Positions 12,456 through 22,156 of a stretch of DNA of 47,302 nt are shown here, piece by piece (position 1 is the stretch's first letter; each line of letters begins with the position of its first letter). Source of the DNA: a virus; IMG/VR virus record IMGVR_UViG_3300045988_075983, positions 1 to 47,302 of that record. One strand, 5' to 3'. Under the pieces are notes generated by a model. That model saw only the letters and a program-made list of their open reading frames with translations. It did not search any database and was not told where the DNA came from. Position numbers and translations under genes: made by a program.

Positions 12456-13870
12456 TACTTATCACCGCCTAAGAAATCCGTCATGTGCTGAATTGCGTAG
12501 TTCACATTCTTGGCTTTGTCTTTGTCGTAACTCCAACTTAGCCACTTCTTGATGTTGTCTTTGCCCTCAACAGTGTAAGTGCCGTCGTCATAGGATATGA
12601 ACCGAGTTCCAACACTCGCATCAAACGCAACTCTATTCGCTTTGCCGTCTTTCACGAAGTAAATCAGACCTGTTTCATCGCCAGAAATGATTGTAACGTC
12701 AATCTTGGTGATAAATCCGTCAATTTCAGGGAACATTTTCTTCCTGCCTTTGTAATCATACGCAAAGAAGTCAGCCTTGATTCCCGATATATCTATTTTT
12801 TCATACTTACTATTTCCGTAGTAATCTTCTCCGTGTTCTTCCGATTTCTTCCGTGGCGCTTTCTTTTTGCCGCTATTTCCCTCGACATAAGCCTTGTAGT
12901 CGTGAAATTCTTCAAGACAACTTATGCTCCAAAGAAATCCATTATACGTTGGATTGGAAAACGCCAATGTGTAAACGGTATCTTCGCCTTCGGAATAAAT
13001 ACTTGTAATTTTACCAACTTCACCCGCCATACTAACCATACCGCTTGTTATTAAAGGCGATTTTATTTTTCGGCCATTCACAGTAGACCATATACGCCCG
13101 CTTTTATCGCGCCTTTTCGCAATATCGCGCCTAACGGTTACAGTATCTCCGACCTTGAGAGGAAAAGACGGGGAAGATTCTGTCCCACTCTTTGCATTTG
13201 CTTCCTTTTTGTCTCTCCAAGCGTTAAATCCATCAAACATTGAAATATCCCATTGCCAACCATAATCTACGTCAGTAAAATCTACGTCAGTAACAGCCAG
13301 ATTGTAAACGTAACCGCCTACAATGCATTCATTTGGTAAAGCCTCTGTAATAGTAGCAATACAGCCGCCAAATTTCTCCATTTGATGCACAACACCAGCA
13401 CTTCCGAACTCCGTGCCGCAAATGCAAAATTTGTCAAAGCATTCTTTTAAATCTTTGCGGATTAAAACTTTTTGACCGACTTTCAGCGGTAATTCCCACT
13501 TAGCGCCATCGACTTCAACAGAATTGTCGGAATTGCCTTCTTCCACTTTTTCAAGCAGCGCGTGTTTCCAACACCACTCAGAATAGCTTTCGTTGATTTT
13601 AAGTCTGTACGCAGTGCTTAAAATAGGCGCTCCGTCCGGGCCCGGAATAATTTCTGTCACTTCTGCTGTTTTACCAGCACTCACAACCATGCCATAACTG
13701 ATTTCATAGAGCGATTTCTCGGATGTTTGAATTTTGTTTGGAAATATTCTCGTATATCTATAAATATCGGCTCTCTTTAATTCAGCTAAATCTTTAATGT
13801 CTCGCCTTATTCTGACTTTATCTCCGACCTTGAAAAGTCTGTAATTGCAATTTTTGAGTAGTTCTTCCAT
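12455..13870 (-). CDS. Hypothetical 471-aa protein with three tandem modules of about 100 aa
   Basis: Each module starts KVGDKVRIRRDIKD, KVGQKVLIRKDLKE or KVGDTVTVRRDIAK and ends in a W-containing strand. ATG 13870 has RBS aaaggag. Confidence 0.7.
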   Translation of the reverse strand: MEELLKNCNYRLFKVGDKVRIRRDIKDLAELKRADIYRYTRIFPNKIQTSEKSLYEISYGMVVSAGKTAEVTEIIPGPDGAPILSTAYRLKINESYSEWCWKHALLEKVEEGNSDNSVEVDGAKWELPLKVGQKVLIRKDLKECFDKFCICGTEFGSAGVVHQMEKFGGCIATITEALPNECIVGGYVYNLAVTDVDFTDVDYGWQWDISMFDGFNAWRDKKEANAKSGTESSPSFPLKVGDTVTVRRDIAKRRDKSGRIWSTVNGRKIKSPLITSGMVSMAGEVGKITSIYSEGEDTVYTLAFSNPTYNGFLWSISCLEEFHDYKAYVEGNSGKKKAPRKKSEEHGEDYYGNSKYEKIDISGIKADFFAYDYKGRKKMFPEIDGFITKIDVTIISGDETGLIYFVKDGKANRVAFDASVGTRFISYDDGTYTVEGKDNIKKWLSWSYDKDKAKNVNYAIQHMTDFLGGDK

Positions 13871-13900
13871 GTCAAATCTCCTTTCTCTGTCTCTGGTATG

Positions 13901-13929
13901 ATTATACCGCGTCTCTCGCAGTATGTGAA
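13901..13929 (-). promoter_or_regulatory. Weaker promoter candidate
   Basis: On the minus strand: TTCACA (13924-13929), 17 nt, TATAAT (13901-13906). Confidence 0.35.
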
Positions 13930-13953
13930 TGGACAGATGTTGCAAATTATGGA

Positions 13954-14196
13954 TTATTTGTTTGAAAGTGCAGAATACAAAAGCGCCCCGTCAAGAGAAG
14001 TAATTAGTGCAATCGCGGCAATCACAATAATGAGTATTAGGCACTTACTCGCCACTTCTTCCTTGTCTACATCGTCTACATCTCCCGAGTTTGAAAGAAA
14101 AGTGAGGAAAAGCAAGTCAACAAGCCCAGCTATAATACAGTTTAAAAATACAATCATGCCGACATACGCAATCATTTTGAAGATTTCAGCACTCAT
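13954..14196 (-). CDS. Small membrane protein
   Basis: RBS aaaggag. The ATG overlaps the upstream stop (ATGA). Two hydrophobic segments. Confidence 0.6.
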   Translation of the reverse strand: MSAEIFKMIAYVGMIVFLNCIIAGLVDLLFLTFLSNSGDVDDVDKEEVASKCLILIIVIAAIALITSLDGALLYSALSNK

Positions 14197-15212
14197 TCAA
14201 AAATCTCCTTTGCTTTGGCTTCCCGGCGCTCACTTGGAGTGCCCGGATTCCAGTTGTTTGCATATCCTTTGATTACATTCTGCCACACATAGCCATCACA
14301 GCCCCGCGCAGGCATCCAGAAACGGTCTGCGCAGTTATCGCAGATATTTTTCCACGCTTCAAGAAACTTGCTTAAATAGGCTTCTCTCGCGCTCTCACGG
14401 TATAGCGCATTGTCGAGCCAATAGTCAAACGCTCCTTCCATTGTGAGAGTAGCAACTCCGTGGTCTGTGCCACATTGCATCGAAAATGGTACATCAATTA
14501 CATCTACATCTCTGACTGCCATACTGTACACCTCACCGAGAAGCGCCGCTCTGTCCTTATCTGTTAAATTTTTAACAAGCGGCTTCTTCTTTACAATGCC
14601 TGCGGCGCTCTTTTCCGGGCTTGCGCCCTTTTGCTGATAGGAAGAAGTTTTCCCATCGGCTTGTTTTCTAACAGGTTCAAAATGTTCTTCATTTCTCACC
14701 GATTCCGCAGGAATTGGTGCATCGCTTGCGCTTGAATCGGTTTGTTGAGAAATATTAGCTCTAATCTTACTGTTTTCTAACTTACTATTTTTGGTTGCGT
14801 GTCGAGGTACAACCCCGTTGTTCTTCGAGGGACAACCCCCATCTGCTGTTTCAAGCAAAGAAAAATACTTCTTCGTCAGATGAATGTATGTGTAAGTTCC
14901 AAATTCGTCTTTCTCTACAAGCATTTTAACAAGTCCGAAGTGCTCAATTTTCTTAAATCTTGCGGCAACGGCTCTTTTGGTTGTGTTCAGAATCGGCAAA
15001 TCTTCCACGATTTTCTTGTAGCTGATATATGCGTATTCTTCATCATTTACCTTTTTCTTGTTCATTCTGGGATAAAAGTGCAATAGCCATTGAAGAATAA
15101 GCGTGTCAGCCGCGTCAATTCTAACTTCGTGCGGCTTTTTGTCTTTGCCAATCATAACGTCAACCATGCACGCAAGTTCTTCTTGCGGAAAACCATTTAC
15201 GAATTTCATCAT
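14193..15212 (-). CDS. Winged-helix-like DNA-binding protein, paralog 1 (long form)
   Basis: The N-terminal 120 aa or so align with the product of 39011..39541 (FVNGF..RID..L..WL..FYP.M....EYA...YKK..EDLPILN..K.A...RFKK.EHFG). The start is MMKF at 15212. Confidence 0.65.
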   Translation of the reverse strand: MMKFVNGFPQEELACMVDVMIGKDKKPHEVRIDAADTLILQWLLHFYPRMNKKKVNDEEYAYISYKKIVEDLPILNTTKRAVAARFKKIEHFGLVKMLVEKDEFGTYTYIHLTKKYFSLLETADGGCPSKNNGVVPRHATKNSKLENSKIRANISQQTDSSASDAPIPAESVRNEEHFEPVRKQADGKTSSYQQKGASPEKSAAGIVKKKPLVKNLTDKDRAALLGEVYSMAVRDVDVIDVPFSMQCGTDHGVATLTMEGAFDYWLDNALYRESAREAYLSKFLEAWKNICDNCADRFWMPARGCDGYVWQNVIKGYANNWNPGTPSERREAKAKEIFE

Positions 15213-15350
15213 GTTGATATATCTCCAAATAGTCAAAAAAGCCATTACTGGACGCAAATGCGGTACGCCCCGTAATGACTTCTTTGATAGATTCTATTCA
15301 GTTTTTGTGGCCTTGTTCAGACCGCATTTCCGAACAGAACCCATATCTGT

Positions 15351-15379
15351 ATTATAGCAGATGGAAACGGAAAAGTCAA
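15351..15379 (-). promoter_or_regulatory. Sigma-70/SigA-type promoter immediately downstream of terL
   Basis: On the minus strand: TTGACT (15374-15379), 17 nt, TATAAT (15351-15356), preceded by TGC. Confidence 0.6.
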
Positions 15380-15384
15380 TAGGT

Positions 15385-17091
15385 TTAGAAAGGTCTTTTG
15401 AACGCTTGAACTTTTCCTGTTGTCAAATTGGCAATCATATTTTCCATCATTGCCAAGCTGTCAACGCTGTCATCGTGCTGGTTGCGAGATACTTGACTAT
15501 AAGACCATGTATCACGAAGAAAATGCGCATATTCGCTTGCGTTGCTTAAATAGTTTGGATTTTTAAACCAGAAATGATTGCGAATATTATCAGACGCAAG
15601 GATGATTTTGGTTTGCTTATTTGCCGTAGTTCTTTTTGTGCGAACACTAGTTCTGCCACCCATGCCGTTAATCTGGTTTTCAACCTTTTCCGCAAACAAC
15701 AATCCGTTTGCATTAGATTCGACTTGGCAGACTTTAACTCCGTGCTTAACGCACATAATTCCGCACTTAGGGGCGTTGACTTCTGGAAGTGCTTGCGAGT
15801 AAACAACATCCTCAATGTAAACATCTACACCACTAACAAAGGCTACGACCATTGATGTAAAGTCGCCTTTGCCCTCTGACGGGTCGATAACCGCCAAAAT
15901 TGCATCCCAATCGACATTCTCTGGAAGTTTGTCGTAATATTGCAAGTCTGATTTGCCAAAAACGACACCTTTTTCTTCGATTGGTCTTTGCTGGAACTCG
16001 CTTTCCCATTGCAAATCCGTTACGAGCTTGCGTTCATTTCTGTAATACTCTGTACTAAAGCCCATGCCGTATTTGTAATAAAAATTAGATTCATCTGTTT
16101 TATAATCAAGAGCGGGGACTTCAATTACTTTTGTTCTCCATCCCATCTCTGGTGCAATATCAATCAAATGGCCGATTGGGTCGTAGATACTGAATCTAGT
16201 ACCTTGGGCAATAATTGGGACATGTTCCTTACGGCGACCAAGACAATCTGAACGCACCTTATCCCACAAGTTGTCAAGTCTGTCTTTGTTTCTTGCATCG
16301 TCAGCGCCAATAACTAAATCGTCACAATACAGCAAATTTGACGCTTCCGTTCGGCCCGTGATTTGAGAATCAATAGAATTGCACATAATTGTCGGAAATC
16401 TGTGCCTAGAATCCAAATCTATCGTTCTTTGCTCGGCGTTCGTTGCGGAAAGAGCGTGACCCGGGAAAACATCCCAATAATTGTACTCTGCCTTATCCTG
16501 CAAGAATGTAAGGCAACCATCATAAAAAGATTTTGCTAGTGAATCTCCGCGGCCAACAAGAAAACACGATTTGTCTGGCTGCATACCTGCACGCCAAATT
16601 ACGAATAAGAGTCCAAGAGTCGTCTTGCCCGTTCGCTTCGGCTGGCTAACTGTGAGCAAGTCAACTTTTCCATCTGCTACATCTTGGAATCCGTCAACTA
16701 TTGGTTTTAACTGGTTCTTTCTCGGAGCGTAGAAACGCTTATCTGGTCTACGGTCAAACTCCAAGTATAGCATAAAACTGTCAAAATATTTATGAGCCAA
16801 AAACAGAAGCGAACTCTTAGTTAAAACAAGCCACTTGCGTTTGTTGTCAATGTCTCGCGCATTTGCCGCGTTGAATAGACAGGCGTTGTAAACTTCCATG
16901 CCTTTCTTAAATGCGTACTCCGCTTCTACTGTTTTTGTTTCATAACTGCCGTCATCTTTTGCGGTTGCGTTTGCACAGGCAGAAAGCAATGCTTCCGCAA
17001 GGCGAATATCTTTCGGGTTCTCTTTCAGCAGCTTGGAAAACGAAGCGATTCGCTTATGGTCGTTAATCTGTTGTTGTCTTTGCATTTGCAA
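15385..17091 (-). CDS. terL: Terminase large subunit
   Basis: Walker A-like QPKRTGKTT and Walker B-like LLYCDDLV. The C-terminal nuclease-like segment reads LAVIDPSEGKGDFTSMVV...VESNANG. 568 aa. Confidence 0.85.
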   Translation of the reverse strand: MQMQRQQQINDHKRIASFSKLLKENPKDIRLAEALLSACANATAKDDGSYETKTVEAEYAFKKGMEVYNACLFNAANARDIDNKRKWLVLTKSSLLFLAHKYFDSFMLYLEFDRRPDKRFYAPRKNQLKPIVDGFQDVADGKVDLLTVSQPKRTGKTTLGLLFVIWRAGMQPDKSCFLVGRGDSLAKSFYDGCLTFLQDKAEYNYWDVFPGHALSATNAEQRTIDLDSRHRFPTIMCNSIDSQITGRTEASNLLYCDDLVIGADDARNKDRLDNLWDKVRSDCLGRRKEHVPIIAQGTRFSIYDPIGHLIDIAPEMGWRTKVIEVPALDYKTDESNFYYKYGMGFSTEYYRNERKLVTDLQWESEFQQRPIEEKGVVFGKSDLQYYDKLPENVDWDAILAVIDPSEGKGDFTSMVVAFVSGVDVYIEDVVYSQALPEVNAPKCGIMCVKHGVKVCQVESNANGLLFAEKVENQINGMGGRTSVRTKRTTANKQTKIILASDNIRNHFWFKNPNYLSNASEYAHFLRDTWSYSQVSRNQHDDSVDSLAMMENMIANLTTGKVQAFKRPF

Positions 17092-17314
17092 CCACCTCTT
17101 TAGGAACTTGAATCAGTTTTCCGCAATGCGGACAAGCTATAAACAGCTTTTCGCCACGGTAAAGAATCCATTGCTTTACTTCTTCCTCAATAAACCAGTA
17201 GTTACCTCTAACTCCATGCCTTGGCATACCCATTGCAACATACTTGCTAATTGTTGTGCTCGAACCGTAGCCCTTGAATGTCAATTCCTTGGCCGTGAGT
17301 GGCTTAACTTCCAC
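17063..17314 (-). CDS. Small HTH (excisionase/MerR-like) plus zinc-ribbon protein upstream of terL
   Basis: GTG start with RBS aaagggg. The sequence LTAKELTFKGYGSSTTISKYVAMGMP is HTH-like, and CPHCGKL is a zinc-ribbon half. It overlaps the terL start by 29 nt. Confidence 0.55.
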   Translation of the reverse strand: MEVKPLTAKELTFKGYGSSTTISKYVAMGMPRHGVRGNYWFIEEEVKQWILYRGEKLFIACPHCGKLIQVPKEVVANAKTTTD

Positions 17315-17348
17315 TTTGTCAACCCCTTTCTGTGATGTTTATAGCTTA

Positions 17349-17377
17349 ATTATAACTTACGACGGCAACTTTTTCAA
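17349..17377 (-). promoter_or_regulatory. Promoter of the leftward packaging/nucleotide operon
   Basis: On the minus strand: TTGAAA (17372-17377), 17 nt, TATAAT (17349-17354). Confidence 0.55.
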
Positions 17378-17404
17378 GTGCGAGGGCAAACTATGGCAAG
17401 ATTG

Positions 17405-17433
17405 TTGCGCGTAGGTCAAAAATAAATTATTAT
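17405..17433 (+). promoter_or_regulatory. Candidate promoter of the rightward structural operon
   Basis: TTGCGC (17405-17410), 17 nt, TATTAT (17428-17433). Confidence 0.4.
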
Positions 17434-17459
17434 GTAAGTAAGCAAATGGGGGTGAACTA

Positions 17460-19142
17460 ATGCTTAATAAAGGCCGAAATAGAATCTATTCTTCTTATGA
17501 ACCGGATGAGATTGACGCTGTTGCAGTTGCCCGGATTCTGGCTGATGCGATTCCTGTTCACCTTAACAATGCTCAAGACATTGACTATTTGCATAATTAT
17601 ACAAAGGGTATTCAGCCCGTGCTTGACCGCACAAAGGAAGTGCGCCCGGAAATCAACAATAAAATTGTTGAGAACCATGCGTATGAGATTGTCGAGTTTA
17701 AGACCGGCTATTGCTTTGGCTCTCCTGTAACCTATGTAGCAAGGGCTAAAAACGATGACAGGGTTCAGACGGCAGATTATACTACCGACAAAAAAGAACC
17801 GTCAGAGCAGTCCTCTAAGTTGCGCAAACGCGGCAATGAGGACAAGGTGAACAAGCTGAACACGCTTTGCCTTAACGATGACAAGCCGAATACAGACAGG
17901 GAGCTTGCCGACTGGATTTTTGAGTGTGGCGTTGGCTATAAAGCCACATTCCCGCTTTCCGCTTCCGCTATGCGCAGAAAGGAAAAGTCTGCACCGCCGT
18001 TCCATACATCTGTGCTTGACCCGCGAAACACTTTTTGTGTGTACAGCACAAACATGGAACACTCCAAACTGCTAAGTTGCAGTTATCACAGGAAGCACGG
18101 CTCCGGTCAGATTGACACGGTTGAAATCGTTGCCTATACGGATGATAATGTGTACACAACATCGCTTCCGTATTCAATGCCCGTTGCTGATGACAGTGAC
18201 CAGTCAACATCTTGGATGGACATTGTTGTCAGTGGGACAACCCAATTTGAAGTTGCGCCCAATCCTATGGGGATTAACCCGATTGTTGAGTATGACGCTA
18301 ACACTTCACGATTGGGTTCTTTTGAGCCTGTTATCGAGCTTCTTGACGCGCTGAACGAAACAGTTTCAAACCGCGTTGATGGTGTAGAGCAGTTTGTGCA
18401 GAGCTTCATCAAGTTCATTAACTGCGACATTGACGAAGATACCTTTAAGGCGATGAAAGAACTTGGCGCTATCAAGGTTCAGTCAAATGGTCAGTACACT
18501 GCGGATGTTGACATCATCACAAGCGAACTGAATCAAGACCAGACACAGACGCTTGTCGAGGATATGTACAACAAGGTTCTTGCCATCGCCGGTGTGCCTG
18601 ATAGACGCGCTTCCGCTGGCGGCAACACTGGTCAAGCGCTTATCATTGGTCAGGGCTGGACGAACGCAGAGAGTCGTGCGTTGAGCTTTGAGAAGATGTT
18701 CTTCAAGAGCGAGCGGGAAACCATTCTTGTCACCTTGAAGATTCTGCAAAGCTATCCGCAATTCAAAGTTACAGGTCTTGAAACAGCAGATATTGACATC
18801 AAGTTTACTCGGAACAGAACCGACAATCTGCTGAACAAGAGCCAAGTGCTTTTGAATCTGCTTCAAGCTGGCGTACATCCGCTTGGCGCGATTTCTCTTA
18901 GCGACATCACCAGTGACCCGGAGAACCTTTATGCAATGAGCGAGGAATTTATTATTCCCAAGTGGAAAGTAGATAACACGCAGCAAAAGGAACGCACCGG
19001 AACTGATGACATGACAAATAAAAAGCAGGACGCTGACAGCGCAAAGAACGCACAGCGCAATGCTAAAGCTAATGATACGACAACTTCTGGCGATAACAAC
19101 GCACAGAATGATGCAATCAACAAGGCTAAATCAGAGCAATAA
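17460..19142 (+). CDS. Portal protein
   Basis: 560 aa. It is the first gene of the structural operon and is followed by scaffold and capsid genes. RBS gggggtga. Confidence 0.75.
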   Translation: MLNKGRNRIYSSYEPDEIDAVAVARILADAIPVHLNNAQDIDYLHNYTKGIQPVLDRTKEVRPEINNKIVENHAYEIVEFKTGYCFGSPVTYVARAKNDDRVQTADYTTDKKEPSEQSSKLRKRGNEDKVNKLNTLCLNDDKPNTDRELADWIFECGVGYKATFPLSASAMRRKEKSAPPFHTSVLDPRNTFCVYSTNMEHSKLLSCSYHRKHGSGQIDTVEIVAYTDDNVYTTSLPYSMPVADDSDQSTSWMDIVVSGTTQFEVAPNPMGINPIVEYDANTSRLGSFEPVIELLDALNETVSNRVDGVEQFVQSFIKFINCDIDEDTFKAMKELGAIKVQSNGQYTADVDIITSELNQDQTQTLVEDMYNKVLAIAGVPDRRASAGGNTGQALIIGQGWTNAESRALSFEKMFFKSERETILVTLKILQSYPQFKVTGLETADIDIKFTRNRTDNLLNKSQVLLNLLQAGVHPLGAISLSDITSDPENLYAMSEEFIIPKWKVDNTQQKERTGTDDMTNKKQDADSAKNAQRNAKANDTTTSGDNNAQNDAINKAKSEQ

Positions 19143-19236
19143 CTCTAATTTAAAATATTTCGCCTATCTTGCTGGCGTTTAACTGCAAGAGACTGTGGAT
19201 TCACAACACGTTTAAACAGTGGAAAGGAAAACTCTT

Positions 19237-19818
19237 ATGGCATTTGACTTTACCGCAATCTTTGGCGACGCAGAGAGCATGACCAAAGAGCAACTTGAAA
19301 CCGCGCTTCAACAAAAGGGCATTAAGCTGGCAGACCTCGGCACTGGCAAGTATGTTGACGCTGGCAAGTATCAGAACGCTGTATCTGAACTAGACCAACT
19401 GAAACAGAACAAAATGACCGATGCAGAGAAGCAAGCCGCTGACATTGCTGCTATCAAGGCACAAAACGCAGCGCTCATGAAAGACCGGCGCAAGAGTAAG
19501 ATTGAATCTGAACTTGCGAAGAACGGCATTAAAGCAGATGGGTATTCCAAGCTGATTGACAAGTTCTCCGACATGGAAGATGAAGATGCGATGGCTGGCG
19601 CTCAAACCATCATCGACACCTACAACGCCGAGAAGGAGAGCATCACGACTCAAATTCGGCAGGAACTCATGCAAGGCATGAAACAACCCTCTGGTGGCGG
19701 TTCTGGCGATGGTCAGAAAGAGTTCTCCAAGATGACCATGCAGGAACGGATGGAGCTTAAACAGAGAAACCCGGAACTGTACAAAGCCGAATCCGCGAAA
19801 TTGGCGAAACACTTCTAA
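19237..19818 (+). CDS. Scaffolding protein
   Basis: Charged, coiled-coil-rich, 193 aa, located between portal and capsid. ATG 19237 has RBS ggaaagga. Confidence 0.6.
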   Translation: MAFDFTAIFGDAESMTKEQLETALQQKGIKLADLGTGKYVDAGKYQNAVSELDQLKQNKMTDAEKQAADIAAIKAQNAALMKDRRKSKIESELAKNGIKADGYSKLIDKFSDMEDEDAMAGAQTIIDTYNAEKESITTQIRQELMQGMKQPSGGGSGDGQKEFSKMTMQERMELKQRNPELYKAESAKLAKHF

Positions 19819-19845
19819 ATCTAAGTTAAAGAGAGGAATCAGACA

Positions 19846-20868
19846 ATGGCTGTTACTGGTACTTTTGGTGGTTTCTACTTCGACCCCGATGTTTTCACTG
19901 ATTACATCCAAGAGGTAGACCCCGTACACACTTCAATTATCAACTCTGGCGTTCTGCGCGTGTCTCCCGACATTTCCGCAGTTCTGACCGATAAGAACAA
20001 TGTTTTCACTGTTCCTAACTACGCGCCCCTGTCCGGCGATGCTAAGAACTATGACGGCGAGACAGACAACACTCCTGTTGAGGTTTCTTCTAACAAGCAG
20101 ACCGGCATGGCTTTCCGCCGCATGGCAGCTTGGAAAGACCAAGACTTTACCCGTGAGCTGACCGGCGCTGACCCTCTGGGCGATGTTGCTCGTAAGGTTG
20201 CTTACTACCAGCAGAAGAACAACCAGAAAGAGCTGCTGGCCGTTGTTGACGGTGTTCTGGGCGTTTCCGGCATGAACACTCATGTCAAGGACATTTCCGC
20301 AAGCAAGGGTAGCCAGACCACTGCCACTGCCACTGCCGAAAACCGCCTGTCCGGCGATACTTTCCTTGATGCTGCGCAGGAAGCTCTGGGTGACAACTTC
20401 GATGACCTGACCATGGTTGCTATGCACTCTCGCGTGTACACTAACCTGCTGAAGCTGCAACTGGTCAACAACATTGCTACCACTCCCGGTGCTTATAGCC
20501 GTGGCGTTCAATTTGGTCTGCTGCTGAACAAGTATCTGGTTATGGTCGATGACAGCCTGACAACTGGCACTAAGGATGGCCTGACCACCTACAACACATA
20601 CCTGCTTGGCGAGGGCGCTATCGCTACTGCTCGGAATGTCCGCATTGACCGTCCGAACTATGTCGATTACGACCCTGAGAGCAAGGGCGGCGTGAACAAG
20701 CTGTACAGCAAGTGGGGTATGGCTCTGCATCCGCTGGGCATGTCTATTGACACGACCCAGATTGCAAAGAACTCTCCCACTCGTACCGAGCTTGGCACTG
20801 CTGCTAACTGGACTAAGGTCTGGGATGCAAAGAACATTAAGCTGGCTAAGATTGTCTCTAACGGCTAA
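19846..20868 (+). CDS. Major capsid protein
   Basis: 340 aa with strongly biased codon usage. Position follows the scaffold gene. RBS agagagga. Confidence 0.7.
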   Translation: MAVTGTFGGFYFDPDVFTDYIQEVDPVHTSIINSGVLRVSPDISAVLTDKNNVFTVPNYAPLSGDAKNYDGETDNTPVEVSSNKQTGMAFRRMAAWKDQDFTRELTGADPLGDVARKVAYYQQKNNQKELLAVVDGVLGVSGMNTHVKDISASKGSQTTATATAENRLSGDTFLDAAQEALGDNFDDLTMVAMHSRVYTNLLKLQLVNNIATTPGAYSRGVQFGLLLNKYLVMVDDSLTTGTKDGLTTYNTYLLGEGAIATARNVRIDRPNYVDYDPESKGGVNKLYSKWGMALHPLGMSIDTTQIAKNSPTRTELGTAANWTKVWDAKNIKLAKIVSNG

Positions 20869-20901
20869 TATAAGTCGGTATTAAGGAGTGGGAACAGAGT
20901 T

Positions 20902-21237
20902 ATGGAAGAAAAACTTCAACGGTTGAAAATCATTCTCGGCATTGATGGCGCAGACGAAGATGAACTCCTGACTCTGTTGCTCACTAAAGCTGGCGAGAAA
21001 ATCGTCGGTACGATATATCCATATCAAGATACATCTAATATTGAAGTACCGTACAGATACGGTTTATTGCAACTTGAAGTTGCGGAGCGTATGTACAACT
21101 TACGCGGTGCAGAGGGCGAAAAAGAGCACATCGAGAACGGAGTTCATCGTACTTATGAAAGTATCGAGGGCTTCATTAGAAACAACGTTGTGGTCTTTTG
21201 CGGCGTTCCTACGGTGAAAACAGATGCGCAGTCTTGA
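20902..21237 (+). CDS. Head-tail connector/adaptor protein
   Basis: Assigned by position and size (111 aa). RBS aaggag. Confidence 0.5.
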   Translation: MEEKLQRLKIILGIDGADEDELLTLLLTKAGEKIVGTIYPYQDTSNIEVPYRYGLLQLEVAERMYNLRGAEGEKEHIENGVHRTYESIEGFIRNNVVVFCGVPTVKTDAQS

Positions 21238-21568
21238 AAAGAACAAGCGTAGCGTCTGGTTCTCCAATCCTGTTGTGTCTGGCGAAGATGAAACGGGCAA
21301 CGATGTATTAACATACAGCGACCCGATTCACGCCATGCTCAACATCTCCGCGCCAACGGGCTACGCATACGGAACAGAAAACGGCATGTGGCTTGGTTAT
21401 GATTATGTCATAACTGTGACTTGCAAAGAGTTTGGGTTACTGAACTTTGTAGAGGGGAAAACTCTTGTATGGCACAATAAGACACCGCAGGACGGCTCTG
21501 CTAACTTGATTGTTGACAGAGTTGCGGATAGCATAAATCAAGTCAGAATCGGTTTGAAGCATAGGTGA
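21224..21568 (+). CDS. Head closure / head-tail joining protein
   Basis: Assigned by position in the head-tail joining block. It overlaps both neighbouring genes. Confidence 0.45.
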   Translation: MRSLEKNKRSVWFSNPVVSGEDETGNDVLTYSDPIHAMLNISAPTGYAYGTENGMWLGYDYVITVTCKEFGLLNFVEGKTLVWHNKTPQDGSANLIVDRVADSINQVRIGLKHR

Positions 21569-22155
21569 TTCCAATGCCTAGTGTAAGGCGAGTATGGCTC
21601 GGAACAAAGGGCATAAAAGAGCTTGTGAAACAATATGACATCATGGCAAAGGATATTCAGAAATACACTGAATCCGCGCATGATTATGTTGTAGAACGCG
21701 CTAAAGCTGAATACTCCGGCAGACTTGCGGATGCAGATGGCGTGGATGTTGAGTGGCAGTCAACTGGTAAGAGTTACCGCGCACGAATTTACAACCACGA
21801 CATTAACGCAAAGTTTGTTGAGTATGGCACTGGTCTTAACGGTGTTGGTACATTCCCCGGTGGGAATCCGAACCCAGAGGGCGGTACTTGGAATTATAAT
21901 TCCGGCAAGCACTCTGGCAAGGACGAATATATTACCATGAAGAATGGAAAGATATTGCACGTTCCTTACGGACAGTGGATTCCACCCGGAGATATGCCAT
22001 ACACAGACCCAAAAACAGGCCAAAAGCACATTTTCACTTGTGGCCAAAAAGCCCAAGCGCCTATGTACTTGACCGTTCAAGATGTCAAGAAAAATATGCC
22101 TACATGGGTTCGCATATCTTTCGCGCAACATGGAATCCAGCTAAAGGAGAAATAA
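21565..22155 (+). CDS. Head-tail joining / neck protein
   Basis: Assigned by position. The GTG start overlaps the upstream stop. Confidence 0.45.
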   Translation: MIPMPSVRRVWLGTKGIKELVKQYDIMAKDIQKYTESAHDYVVERAKAEYSGRLADADGVDVEWQSTGKSYRARIYNHDINAKFVEYGTGLNGVGTFPGGNPNPEGGTWNYNSGKHSGKDEYITMKNGKILHVPYGQWIPPGDMPYTDPKTGQKHIFTCGQKAQAPMYLTVQDVKKNMPTWVRISFAQHGIQLKEK

Positions 22156-22156
22156 T

